Under the pieces are notes generated by a model that was given only the letters and a program-made list of their open reading frames with translations, was not told the origin of the DNA and did not search any database. Below are positions 48,565 to 61,124 of a DNA stretch of 64,000 bases, piece after piece. Position 1 is the stretch's first letter. Every line of letters starts with the position of its first letter. The position numbers and the translations under genes are program-made. The DNA comes from Felis catus. Its lineage: Eukaryota. The DNA is taken from positions 117,430,001 to 117,494,000 of the forward strand of contig NC_058368.1 in NCBI RefSeq assembly GCF_018350175.1, in the 5' to 3' direction.

Positions 48565-49107
48565 TTTTCTCCACAATAACTCCAGAATCCATTCCCTTCT
48601 CTCTGCCCCTTGGCCACGGTCCTGGTTCTTTCTATCCCCCCAAGAGAAGGCTTTCTAAGACACAAATCTAGTCCTGTCACACCCCTGCTTAAAATTCTTC
48701 AATGGCTCCCCTTTGCCCACGACTGGATCAAGTCCAAGCTCTCTAGTAGGACCATTCATGGCCTCGCAAATGCTGGCCGGAGGCTCACTGTCCAGTTTCT
48801 CCTCCTGCCTCCCTTCTGCTCTAGTCATACACAAGTTTTCTCCTTCCACTTTCATAGCCCCTGCCTTTGCACATGCTCTCCTGCCTAAAATACCCTTCCC
48901 TTCCTCTTCCAGCCTCTGAGAAGACCCAATCCAGCCAAAACACCTCCTCCTCTATGAAGTGTTCCAAAATCTTTCTCCACCTTAAATTCTTAAGGGGAAG
49001 AATTAATGGCCTGGTGCTCTGAGCTCCCAGAGCACTTTGTACATCCCTCTCAAGCACTTATCACCCATGTTGTGATTACTGTCTCTGTAGCTGCCTGCCT
49101 CTCTCTT

Positions 49108-49169
<62 letters not shown>

Positions 49170-49270
49170 GCGCGCGCACGCACGCACACACACACATATG
49201 AGCCAGCCTGAGGGTCCGAGTGCTCAGCACAGTGTCTGGCACAAGGTTGGCACTCAATAAATGGTAAATG
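48565..49270 (+). mobile_element. L2 LINE 3' region with embedded compound microsatellite
   Basis: 'tgtcacacccctgcttaaaattcttcaatggctccc...cagcacagtgtctggcaca...cactcaataaatgg'. Confidence 0.8.
49111..49196. repeat. (CT)19(CA)10(CG)4... compound microsatellite
   Basis: Directly visible. Confidence 0.95.
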
Positions 49271-51529
49271 AGATTGACTTCACCAAAGGAAGGCTATTAG
49301 AGCCTTCTCCACTCTCCCATTCTCCCCCTTCCTGGGCTCTCTGCCTTTCCTGGGCCCCTTCCCCCACCTGCTCCTCCTACAGGGCTGCACACCTCACACA
49401 CAGCAGCAAACTGGCAGGCCCTATTGAGTGGTGCCTTCTAGTCTGGGCAAGGGTGGCATGGGCACCTGCATATGGAGTCTGCAAGCCTCCCCATGTCACT
49501 AGGAATGTACATCAAGTCACACCTAGGTCTCCAGAGAGGAGGTACCCCTGTCTTAAATGGAGTCATGATTTATGGACCCAGCTCCTGGAACTGAAAAAAA
49601 ACAATTAGGCTTCCCTGCTTCTCCATCTGGCAGCAAGATAATTCCAGGAAAGTCCTTCTTCCTGGGCAGAGGCTCCCTCTGCCTTGCCTTCGGCCCTGAG
49701 GCTTTTCCATCCGACCCCCCCCCCACCCCACCTCTGTCACCTTACTCCCTGGTCAGTAGTCCAAGCTTCCTGGGCTAGCTTTCCTTGCATTAAAATCCTG
49801 ACTCCACCATGTAACATCTGGGAAGCTTTTTCCAGGTTTCCATCCTCTGTCTCATTTTCCCACCATATTAAGAGGATAAAAAAATAACCTGCCTAGATCA
49901 TTCATTCATTGGTGTTCATCCATCGTCTGTCTGTCCATCTGTCCACCCATCCATTTACATCTTCCCATGCATGAAGATTTATGAGGTGCCGACTGTGGGC
50001 CAAGTACTGAGTTAATCACTAAGGATGTAGAAGTGTATCAGGAAGACATGATCTCTGCGCTCAAGGATCTTATAGTCTGTATGGGGAAGACCAACTGCAA
50101 ATTGTTCTAAGGTGGAAATGCAGACTATCAAGTAATGTTCAGGCCTGATCTGGGACCTCAGTATTTATTTCCTCAGTGACTGTGCACCTGTGATATGGCA
50201 AGTATGGAGGATAAGCACAAATGCAGACAGGCCCTCCCTTCACTATTCTCAGTGCAAACAGAGACAGACAGAGCACAGAGAGGACACAGCCTCACCGTAT
50301 ACTACAAGTAGGATAGGGTCAGGAAAGTCTGTGAACTCCACAGCTGAAAACAGGGGACCCAGACTCCCCAAGGCCCTAGGGAGGAGTCCCTGAGATGGGA
50401 AGGGGGGTCCTTTCACCAGTAAAGGTGAAAATGAATGGGCAGAGCCTTAGTAGCACTAACTGGGCCGAGGCAAGAAGCAGCCTTGCCTGGGTAGGGTGTA
50501 GGAATGATGAAGCAACGGGCTCCCACAGAGGAGGTTGAGAGATGGCAGGAGTTCTGGCTACTTTGGGGCTGGAGAGGTTGGCAGGTTCCCAGAGCACATG
50601 GAGACTACTGTCAGCCCACGCTCTGCCATTCAGCAAGACCTTTATTTTCTCTCTTCTGGAAGAGCCTGGTCCAGGTGTCAATGAAGTGAGGGGGTGGGGA
50701 GGACAGAGGCCTGCATGGTGCTGGCTCAAACTATTCTCCATACTGTAGCCCCTAATTCCAAGCCCACAGTCCTGAACAGCTCCCCAGGCCCTCCTTCTTC
50801 TCTGGCTGCTGGAAATCAGTGTCTTGACTCAAAGGGGTACAGGCTCCAAGCTCGGAGGAAGATAGAAAGTAAGAGGGAATGAGGAATAGGGTGGGTGAAT
50901 GGACATCCATCAGTGACCCTCAGTGTTTCCAGAGAAAAAACCACCAGCTTGCTCTGTGAGTCTGGGTCTCAGTTCCTCCAACTATAAAACGGTGGGGTTG
51001 GGCTCACTGTAAGGGCTCTTTGGCTTCTGCTCCTGAGAAATGGTAGAGGGTGACTCTGCCTCCACTAAGAGACCTAAATCAGCATTTGTTGACATTTCCC
51101 ATGATGCCCTCGGTGCTGGTGACATTTCAGAGACTTGATCCCTGAGGGGGCTGGAAGATACAGAGCTGACCCCATGGCCCCTGCTCCAGGCCCAGATGAG
51201 CTTAGGCCACAGCCCCACCCCTTGCCCCGGCCTGAGACAAGCCTCTCATTCCAAACAGCAGCAAAATATAATTTTCTGGGGTTGGTCCTGAGATGGCAGG
51301 AGCACTGAGATCCCTCTTTGAAAATGCTGACTGGAGGGCAACTCTGGGCCCAGAGCTTTCCTCACTAAGCCTCAATGTCTGCATCTGTAAAATGGAGCCC
51401 ATAATCCCTGCCTCCTTCACAGAATAGTTGTGGGGGCTCCAATGAGAAAAAGGAAGTGTTTCATAAACTGTGGGTTGTTGTGCAAGTGTAAAGGACTCTG
51501 ATGAGGACATTAAGCCCTAGAGTGGGCAC

Positions 51530-51551
51530 GGGGGGGGGGGGGGGGGGGGGG
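51530..51551 (+). repeat. G22 homopolymer
   Basis: Directly visible. Confidence 0.9.
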
Positions 51552-51819
51552 ATGGAGTGTGGAAGGGGTTAACTGGGTGAAGGGGCTAGAGGAACCAGGT
51601 GAGATTCCGGCAAGTTCATGGGCTGGAGAGAGCTGCTTCGTGGATAAAGGCCAGCAGAGGAGACCCAGGGAACTTCTGATGCCCTGGTTAATGCTGACAG
51701 ATGGCTACAGAACTGTCAGCAGCGTCAGTATCAGCCCACATAAGGCAGAGACTCTCTTGCTAGTTTTACTCTTTAGTCTCAAGATGGAGAAAGACCAGCT
51801 TGAGAGGCTAGATCAGGGT

Positions 51820-52000
51820 GAATGTAAAGTGCTCAGAATTTAGGGTCATAAGAACTAATCCTGGCTCCATTGATCACTAACTCTTTGGCCTTAGGCAACT
51901 ACTTTACCTCTTGGGGTCTCAGTTTCTTCATCTGTAAAATGGGGGGAATGGTAGTAATAATGCATACTTTGCAGGTTTGTTGGGAGGATCAAAGAAGCTA
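51820..52000 (+). mobile_element. MIR SINE
   Basis: 'aatcctggctcca...ccttaggcaa...tctcagtttcttcatctgtaaaatgggg'. Confidence 0.8.
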
Positions 52001-52301
52001 ATTTTAGTACACGCTACCACATGGCCCATGCTAAGCTGCCTCATTGGCACTATTGTTAGTGGCATGGAGTAGGGTTGGGCCTTTCCATTTCTGGTCAGAC
52101 TAGTTTACAGAGAGGGGAATCCCTTTCCTCACAGATTTTCATTTAAATGTGTATGAGGCACCTAATGTGCACCTGACTCAGTGTGATAGGAAAGAGGACA
52201 AAAACTTGACTACTACAGATTCCTAGTTTGTTCATTTTGTGAGCTTGAGGGACTTTCCCAATCTGAAATTCAGTTTTCTCATCTTTAAAAATCCATAATC
52301 A

Positions 52302-52504
52302 GGGGCGCCTGAGTGGCTCAGTCGGTTACGCGTCCGACTTCAGCTCAGGTCATGATCTCATGGTTCGTGAGTTCGAGCCCCACACCGGGCTTTCTGCTGT
52401 CAGTGCAGAGACCTCTTTGGGTCCTCTGTCCACTCATTCTCTGCCCCTCCCCCACTCTCTCTCTCTCTCTCTCTCAAAACAAATAAACATTGAAAAAAAT
52501 TTTT
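52302..52504 (+). mobile_element. Can-SINE (feliform)
   Basis: 'ggggcgcctgagtggctcagtcggtt...ttcagctcaggtcatgatctc...gttcgagcccc'; TSD aatccataatca at 52290-52301 and 52505-52516. Confidence 0.95.
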
Positions 52505-52639
52505 AATCCATAATCAGGCAAAGATTATGGACTAGCATTAAAAAACATTAGGAGAATGGTTGATGGGGAAATCAACATCTGTTTGGAGCCAGGGTAACCC
52601 ACAAATGTTATTTTCTAGAAACAAGGTGGGAAGAAAATC

Positions 52640-53060
52640 ATAACTATCATCAGCTGGTGTCTCTCTGAGTGTTTCTAATGGTGGAAAGATTAATATTATG
52701 TGTCTTCTGACATGATGCAAAGTGAAGTAAATGACATTACCTCACATGTGTTCTAGCTAAAAACATTTAACTTGAATTATTCTAGCCCTTAGATCTAACT
52801 TCTGGTTTACAGGAAGTAAACCAGCACAAGGAAGTAACCAGACACTCGAAGGAGGGAAATTCTATAGGGAAACTGATCTGAATGTTTCATAGGTCAGTGG
52901 CCAGAAAAAAAAAAAAAAAAAAAAAGCAGGGAGAATGCATCATCTTAAAGAATTTAATGCACATAATGATCAGATGCCATGTGTGACCCTAAACTGGGTT
53001 CTGACCAATTGTAAAGAATTTGGGGGGGGGTCAATTGGGGATCAAATGGGATATTAAAAG
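52640..53060 (+). mobile_element. L1MC-type (L1MC4/5-like) 3' UTR fragment
   Basis: 'atgtgtcttctgacatgatgca...tagatctaacttctggtttacagg...tgtgtgaccct...gggtcaattgggg'. Confidence 0.6.
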
Positions 53061-53343
53061 GTCAGGTACAGGAAGAGGATTCTCTAAGGAGAATCCCTTC
53101 CAAGACTCCATCTCTGGTTCTAGCATCCGCAGAGCCCGGTAAGGCTGGAGAGGAGAGAGAAAAGTCTGTCCCAGTCTGATAGGGGGATGGGGTAGGGACA
53201 TGATGTGTGCTGGGGGGGCCCTCCAGCACAGGCAGAGGTGCAGTAGTGAGGGAGGGAGCTGGAAGAGGAAAGCCTTTAGGGACTTCAAGCCACTGAGGTG
53301 GTCCCCTACAGCTGGAGAGGAGATCCTGTGTGCATGTGGGGGA

Positions 53344-53345
<2 letters not shown>

Positions 53346-53392
<47 letters not shown>

Positions 53393-53397
53393 TGTGT
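53346..53397. repeat. (GT)n microsatellite, about 26 units with one interruption
   Basis: Directly visible. Confidence 0.96.
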
Positions 53398-54594
53398 ATA
53401 GCACCCCATTATCCCCAGCTCCACCCTCAGAGCCTGTTGGGCTTCTTGCTCATTAGGCCGACATCTCCTGCTTAATAAAAAATACATGAATAAATAAATA
53501 ATAACAGCCATAACCTAGAGGAAACCGCTTTCCACTCTTTTCTGTTTCCCTAGCTCCTTCCTCCCAGGAGCTGTCCTTGGGGGCTCCCAGGCTGGGTCTG
53601 TCTGTAAAGGCCTTCCCTCCCTTCCCCTAGTGGTATAGGTACCCCTCCTTTCAGGAGGGGATTGGGGGTGGTGTTTTTAGGGTGACTGAACAGGCCTTCT
53701 GTGCCCCAGTCTGCTCCTGGAGAAGCAGGGGATGAGAGAAGTCTGGAGAGAGGTCTTGTCTCTCAGCTTTCAGGAAGAAGGCAGCAACAGCTGAGCCTTT
53801 AGGACCAGGACTAGCAGTGGTTGCCAACACACAGCTACCCCAAGTCAGGGAGGGGCCAAGGACAGAGGGTGAAAGAAGGAACTGGAAGGTGGCACAACTA
53901 GAGAGTTTTAGGGTCAAACAGGAGCTGGCATTTGCATAAGGTGGGGGAGGGGTCTTGACCCACACCCAAGTATCAAGAGAGAAGATAACCTTCCTCAGAA
54001 GGAACAACAGTCACTTTTTTTCTCCTGGCAGTCTCATGGTGATCCCTTTCTCTGTCCTTATGTGTCTCACACGCTCTGTCTCTATTTGTCTCTCCACTGC
54101 CTTCTCTTCCACTTTTATCTCCTTCCTTACCGGGGTCAGTATGCCTTGGAGATGTTGGCCAGGAGTGACCAACAAAGTGACTCCTCAAAGCTACGAAGAA
54201 GCAAGCCTGCCCCCAGACCTGGTGGTTCAGGACCATGGAGAGCATCCTACATAGGTAAGGCCCTCTCCCAAAAGAATTGGATTGCCAGGAGAGAGTAGGA
54301 GAGAGCTGGTGAGGTGGAAGTAAGGGAGAGATAGTGGAGGGAAAGGCACAGACAAAAGTGAGGCTTATTCCCAGCCTGGCCCTCCTAGCCTGGGTGACTC
54401 TGAACTGGGACTCAGAAATACTGCTACCCTGGACCAAAGGCCCCCCACTACAACATCAAAAAGAATGGGAGGGGGGAGGGCAGCCTGGGCTCTGGGGTGT
54501 GAGATTCTGGAGGACAGCTCTTGCTGGGATGTTCTGGGAACCTTTGTACATAGTGCACAAAGCTAAACAAATGAATAGATTAGGGTTTGAGGTA

Positions 54595-54692
54595 TTTTTT
54601 TTTTTCAATTTTTTAATTGTGGTAAAGTACTTGCACATTTACCATCTTAACCATTTTTAAGTATACAGTTCAGTGATATTAAATACATTCAG
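54595..54692 (-). mobile_element. Very short L1MB-like 3' terminal fragment
   Basis: 'ttttaattgtggtaaa...atttaccatcttaaccatttttaagtatacagttcagtg...attaaatacattca'. Confidence 0.8.
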
Positions 54693-55440
54693 ATGATATT
54701 TTTTTCAAGCGAATGGAATTGCCCTTAGGCAGACTTTGGGAGGCTGCGTAGGTATGTTATGTGTACATGAGAGAAGGGCATAGTTACAACCCCTACAGGT
54801 GAGGGCTGCCCAAAGGTAGGGAAAGTAGGAGGTACGGACCAGGACCAGGACCTATTAGGCCTGTTCATTCTGGCAGCTGCAGGGTGGGTGTGAGGGGTCA
54901 GGAAGAGACTTCCCTGGCCCCAGCTCAGAACTAATGGGACCCAGGAGTCTCCTCTTCCACCTAGCAGTTCCCTCTGGATGGAGCCAGGAGCCAGATTTCA
55001 GAAGCAATACAGATGTTCAGGGGAGATGCAGGGAAGTGGAGCAGATGGGGCCTGGGATTCCTGAGGGGGCTGAGGGGAGGAGGCCAGCAGCTGGAGGGTG
55101 TGCTAGGACATGTGCTAGAGCTGAGGCTGGCTCCAACATGTGCCAGGGCATGTGCCACAGGGTATGCCTAGGATATAGTACTTGGGTAGAGTGCAGCCTA
55201 GGTCAGGTGGCCCTTTGTGCTTTCCCTATACTGGCTACTAAGATCTGTCCTGAGCTGCCTCTAGCTGTGGCAGGGCCTGAGGGGTAAAACCTCCCTGCCA
55301 CATGCTGTGCCAGGGTACAGAAGTGAGGAAGACAGACCCTGCCCTGCCTGTGGGGAGCTTAGCCTTTCTTCCGATGTACAACTTTGGCTTGGACCTGCAG
55401 GACTCGCCCCTCCTCCCTGAGTCCAGAGTGTCCACTTTTT

Positions 55441-55608
55441 TTTTAAATATGAAATTTTTTGTCAAATTGGTTTCCATACAACACCCAGTGCCCATCCCAA
55501 CAGGTGCCCCCCTCAATACACATCACCCTCCCACTCCTCCCTCCCACCCCCCATCAACCCTTTCTCAACCCGTTCTCACTTTTCAAGAGTCTCTTATGTT
55601 TTGGCTCC
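55441..55608 (-). mobile_element. Felid L1 (L1_Fc-like) 3' end, extremely 5'-truncated
   Basis: 'tgtcaaattggtttccatacaacacccagtgc.catcccaacaggtgcc...aagagtctcttatgttttggctccc'; 18-bp TSD ccagagtg(t/g)ccacttttt at 55423-55440 and 55609-55626. Confidence 0.92.
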
Positions 55609-56779
55609 CCAGAGTGGCCACTTTTTATGGACTCAGGAGGAAAGCCTGCTAAGAGGCCTGAGTGAGACAACCCAAGCTGTTTGTCATCTACCCCAGGAGG
55701 CTGCAGCTCATCTTCCCACCCAGAGCCTCGGTCCCTGGCCCTGTCATCCCTGCTGGTCACTGCAGTTTCTGTGGATCTGGGAAAAGGGTGGACCAAGGCA
55801 AAGAATCTGGAACTGGTGTTTGCTCCTGCCTGCCCTGAGAGATTGAGGGCCCAGAGGCTTTTACTACCCACCCCCACTTTGCTGTATGTGGCTGTGGTCA
55901 ACTCACCATCCTCACACTAGCCTGGTCATGACAATGGTCATGAGCCTCATTTGGTAGATAAGCAAAATAAGGTGCAGAGAAGTAAAACCACTTGTTGAAG
56001 GCATACCTCTTCAACAAAGCCAGGATTCGAACCTAAGTTTGCATGATTTTTTCCCCCTAAAATTCCACCTCTAGGCAAGCGGGTAACATTGGCTGTGCAC
56101 ACCAACCAGTTGTGTGGCTCTGGACAAATAAGTGCCTTTTCCTTGCTGGACCTCCATTTTCCTATTTATAAAATGAAAAGGTGTAAATAGGGTTATTTTG
56201 AAGAAGGGGGCCAGTGAGGACAGACTGTGAGCAGAGGGTACTCTGACTGAGGGCAAGGCAGTGAACAGTTTCCTGGGGGGAAACTGCCAGACCCTGGGGG
56301 CACCCCAAGATGTCAAAATGCTCAGCAGGTGTGGGCTCCTCTGTAGGCTATAGTGATGGGATTAGGGTGGAGTCTGGGGGAGGCCAGGCACTGAAACCAA
56401 ATCCTGCCTGCTGGGGAGGGAGAGCAGAGGGAGGTCTGGGGTAGAGAGCAGGGCTGGTTGGGCAGGCCAAAGCCAAGCAGGCAGAGCCAGGCAGGCAGAG
56501 CAGAATGAGGCTCAAAGCTCTAGGGCTTTACAAATGGATTTTGCTGAAATGGAAATTTCCACCCATCCCTGAAATGAGCCTGGCAGTGAAGCCAGGTCTG
56601 GTGGGGCTGCAGCAGCTGGGGATGTGGACAGGGACAAAAGCCAAACTGTCAAAACTCCTCAGACCTACCCACCCCTCCCCTGCCCATATTCCTCTCCCTC
56701 CACTCCTCTCCCCTGCTCAGGTCCTCTGGATCCTCAGGAATCTTCAGAATCCTCACACCTTTGTGTACCTTTCTCACTT

Positions 56780-57200
56780 TCTCCCTCAACCACTCTGTGC
56801 CCCTTACACCCCTGCACACCTGACACGCCCTCCCCCTCCCACTCGTCCTCACACTGCCTTTTCACCCCTCACACCCCTCACGCCTCCCCACCCTCCACCT
56901 CACACACCCACACACACCTGACACTCTCTCCACCTCCTACTTTATCCTCATACTGCCCTTTCACCCCTCACCTCCTCTCCTTCCCTTACGTGGGCTCATA
57001 CCACTCTCCCATACACCCTCTCCCATACCTGACACACCCCTCGCTTCCTGTTTCACTCCTTACACTTCACTGCTCCTGGGCTTACACCCTTCACTCCTCA
57101 CACACTTTTTCCCTCCACTCCTCACCCCTTCCTCACACCACTTTCTGGAACCCTCTCCTGCTCCTGACACCCCATCACCCCTGATTTCACTCCTCTCACC
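56780..57200. repeat. C-rich, G-poor low-complexity region with a degenerate ~100-bp repeat
   Basis: Recurrent cacacc / cctcac / CCTGACAC units. Confidence 0.75.
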
Positions 57201-59029
57201 TACTTATTGCCCTCCATCAGTAACCATGAGGGCCAAATATCTCCTGGTGAAGAGCGGGGCACTACACCCAGGACTCCTGAGGGCTGCTGTGTGAATGAGC
57301 AGGCCAAGGCTTGCCAGGCCCTTGCCTCACACACAGAAAGTGCTCCATGTAAGTGTTGATCTTGTTTGTTGCCATGTTTGTAGCTAATTGATACTTTGTG
57401 CCAGGCCCTTTGCCCCACAGTGCTGGGTGGGAGTGTGTGTGGGGGGAGCATATGTGCCATGTCAGGAGAGCTGGTGAAAGTACCAAAAACTGTTCTGGGG
57501 AGGGGCCAGGGATAAATCTGATCGAGCAGGTCCCTAGGGCTCGAGTAATGTTAGAAGTGCTAACTAGACTACTGGGAAATGTGAGCCCCGCCCAGCATTA
57601 AAGAGGTGCCCGCTAACATGTGGCAGTGGGGCTCTCCCTCCGCAGCTCCCACCTCCAGACAAACCAGAGGGAGACACTCTAACCTGGGCATGCTTTCCTC
57701 CCTAGGCCACTGCACTGGGGTGTGGAGGGCAGGGAGGGAGAGGGGATGCTGCCTTCCCATCACCAAGAAGCTCTCACAGAAGTTGAGAGGAAGAGGACAG
57801 GGGACTGCCTGAGATGGGGAGGGTCTCTGGAGGGTCCCCCTCCCGGGTGAGTGAGGAAAATGGAGGGAGACAGAATACAGGAGCCAAATGTAGGGGGCAG
57901 AAGGGATGTGGGGCTTGACTTGCTGTGCATTCTTTTGTGGAATTTCTTGTTCCAAGCACTCAAGGCCTAGGTGGGAATGGGGGGCTGGCCTGGCCCCTCA
58001 CAAAGTGGTGATGCCAGGAGAGTCTGGGACCCTCATGACTGCAGAGAATGAGTGCCTTCTGGCAAGTGGAGAACAGGGGACAAGTTGTTGGGGCAGCATT
58101 CAGTGAGGAAGGTCCTGAGGGCTGGATGAATGGGGACTACCAGTCAGAGAGCCAGCCCCAGGACCCAGTGTGAACCTGAGAGGGTGGGCGAGAGGGGAAT
58201 CTGGCCAGAGATGGGAGTCTGGAGGCATGCAGGGGCATGTGTGGAGGGACTCCCCCAGGGCAGGGGCCGTGGAGCACAGCCACATGCCCTCCTCCTCTAA
58301 TCACATGTTGACATATTACTCATTATTAATTAAATAGGAGCTCTGAGTTACTCTAGGCCTCCTCCTGTGACAGTCCCAAGTGCTGGGCACCAGGCTGCAA
58401 GCCTAGGTTGAGCAGGACCACTGGATGGAAAGAAAGGGCTGGGGCTGGGATTAGAGGTGGTAGGTGAAGGGAGACACACAGGGGCAGTCTTTGTCCATTT
58501 CAATGACAAGTGACCCTGAGTCTGGGGTCTGGGGTCTGAGGGCAAGGGTCAGGAACAAGGAGCCTACACATTGGGGAGCTGAGGAAGGGTGGAGAGTTGT
58601 CAAGGCCAGAGGAGGTATGGAGAGGCCAGGGGTAGGCTGTGTCTCCAGTAAGGGGAACATGTGCTGCACCAAGGGGGGCGGCCTGTGAGCGAGGCCACAC
58701 AGGCTTTGCACTTGTGGGCTTGGTCTTCTGAAACTGGGTCTGTGTCACTGCTGTCAGGAACACCCAGTGCTGCGGGGGAGGGGAGGAAGCACGGTGGATT
58801 GAATTACCTTTCAAGTCTAAAGCCTGGATTCCTCTGGGCCTTGCAGGTGGGCGTGTGTGCACACATTCCCGAGAGCATTGTGGGATGTTGGCTGTCACTA
58901 GGGATCCGGGAGGCTCACTCCAGCTCCGTGAGTTCTAATTTCCTTTCCACAGGCAAGGAAAAAGAGGGGCCTCTGATGCTGGGGGGAAAGGGATAGGATA
59001 TCTGACCCAGTCCCAGTTTGCAGACCCTC

Positions 59030-59480
59030 AGACAAGACCGGGAAGACTTGGTTCAAACTCCGATTCTGTCTTGTTCTAGCCACACGTGACCTTGGCACAT
59101 GACTTAAGCTCCTGGTTTCCTCACCTAAAAAGAGGATAAAAATAATGATAACAGTGGCATGAGCCAGCCAGACTACGTGCCAAGCACTGTGCTAAGCCCT
59201 TTCTTTCTTTATATCCTCACACAGCCATAGAGGGTAGGTATTATTGATCTCCCCATTTTATAGATGAGGAAACAAGGGCTCAGAGAGGTTAAGTGATTTT
59301 ACTAAAGTCACACAGCTGGCAAATGACAAGGTTGGGACTCTGATCTCAGATCCTTACCCTGAATGATGTATGGTACCCGCATCTCAAGGTTGCTGTGAAG
59401 AGTAAATGAGATAATGTACATAAACAAGTACTTAGCCCAGTGCCTGGCACACAATGAGTGCTCAGGAAACAATGTTAATG
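59030..59480. mobile_element. Plus-strand MIR split by a minus-strand MIR (~59140-59362)
   Basis: 'gtgaccttggca...gtttcctcacct' [ 'ccccattttatagatgaggaaac..gctcagagaggttaagtga' ] 'ggttgctgtgaagagtaaatgagataatg'. Confidence 0.8.
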
Positions 59481-60714
59481 TTGTTTGTATTTATGCATTT
59501 GTACAGGTGCTCTGAGGTTTCCTTTTATGCTCCTTAGATGGCAGGGGGCTGAAGGGAGGATGGAGAAGCTGGTTGTAGGGTTGGGGGCTGGGAAGGCAGT
59601 GGCAGGGAGGCTGTGGTCCAGGGGGCAGGTAGGCAGAGGTAGGAAGGGAGGGCTGGGTACAAAAAGCAGAGGAGGGTGGGGCAAGCAGTGTAGAGGAAAA
59701 GGAAGTGAGTGGCTATGTATTTACTTAAAGATTTTGCTCCGGTGATCGCCTCATTGGCCAGACATCTGGTTTCCCTGGACATCCCCAGGGAATGTAAGTC
59801 AGACAGCATTACTTCAGCAGCTCCAATGCCATCCACCCCAGGCTCACTTGCACTGGCTGGCTCACAGGGCTCAGGACACTACCCTGCAGAATGCGGCCAA
59901 GAGAGTAGTGAGTCTGCCCCTGGACCTCACTGGGAGGGGGTAGGAATCCCTTCTAGTTGCTGGTCACTCTCCTCTTACCTGCTCAGAGCTACAGACAGTG
60001 AGGTTCAACTCTTCCACACACTCTACCTCCCCATCCTGTCCTTCCCTCGTAGGCATGGGGATTGTAGGTTGTTAGGGGCTGAAGAGGGCACTGAATAAGC
60101 ACCCTCTTCCATGCCTTTCCCCTCCTTAGTCACCTGGAGAGGAGATTCAATGGAGGGAGGCCCACCAGGCAGCTGCCTGGGGCACCCATCTCTACGGGGC
60201 ACTAAAGCTTCAGTGGTCACTTAACGAATTGGAAAAGAGTATTTAAAAAAGAGCATCTACTAGGTTTGAGCCTCCGGGTGGGGGGCGGGGGTTGGCAGGA
60301 ACACTTCCATAAGCTGCCAGGCACAGAGGTGAGATTCCCATGGGGTGCTCAGACTAGGACAATTGTTCATTAAACTCCTTTAGGAGGGGAGACCTGGAGA
60401 ACCAAAGGGTTTCTGTGTAGCTCGGTGCAACTGGCAAGGTTAGGACCAGAGCTGAATTGTTTTGGCTGATGGAAGAAAGGCTGAGCACTGCAGCCTGCAC
60501 CCCGGGGGGTAGGGGGGAGCTTTCTGCCCAGTCCCTACACAGCGTCTTTTCCAAATAAACATTGAACAAATATTGAAAGAGTGTTGGTTGGAAGAGGCAC
60601 CGAATTATTAGCATGCCCTTGGCTCTCTTATTTGTCAGTCCAGTCCTGTTGCGAAAGTACCCTAATGATGGCTTTAATGATTCCCTTCCTGTCTTGGGTC
60701 CTGACTGCATCTGT

Positions 60715-60815
60715 TCAATCATTTATTCATTCCTTCAGGCACTCATTCAACAGATATTTCTGAGCACCTACTGTGTGCCAGGCACTGTTCCAGGTACTGG
60801 GGATACACAGCAAAC
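60715..60815 (-). mobile_element. L2 LINE 3' end
   Basis: 'cattcaacagatatttctgagcacctactgtgtgccaggcactgttccaggtactggggatacac'. Confidence 0.85.
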
Positions 60816-61080
60816 TGCTTCCTCTCTCCCACTTGTCACCCATGTGTGATTGAACCAGCAGAGATCTAGAATCTTTCATGTGCCTAGATTGGGATTGGGG
60901 TAGGGGTGAGGGATCAGAGGAGGTTTCAGGCTTGGTCTCTGTCCCAGGAGAAAGTCATCCCCTTGGGGGCATGGATCCGTAGTAGAGGCATCTTTTTTGT
61001 CCTTGTCCCTAGCCCAGCACCAGCTTTTCATGCCCTCAGGACATGGTGTGTGCTTATAAATTCATGCAGTGTTCAGGAAG

Positions 61081-61082
<2 letters not shown>

Positions 61083-61122
<40 letters not shown>
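61083..61122. repeat. (GT)20 microsatellite
   Basis: Directly visible. Confidence 0.97.

Positions 61123-61124
<2 letters not shown>

Noticed and set aside
56624..57184. 186-aa Pro/His/Ser-rich ORF
   Set aside because: Arises from a C-rich low-complexity tract that lacks stop codons
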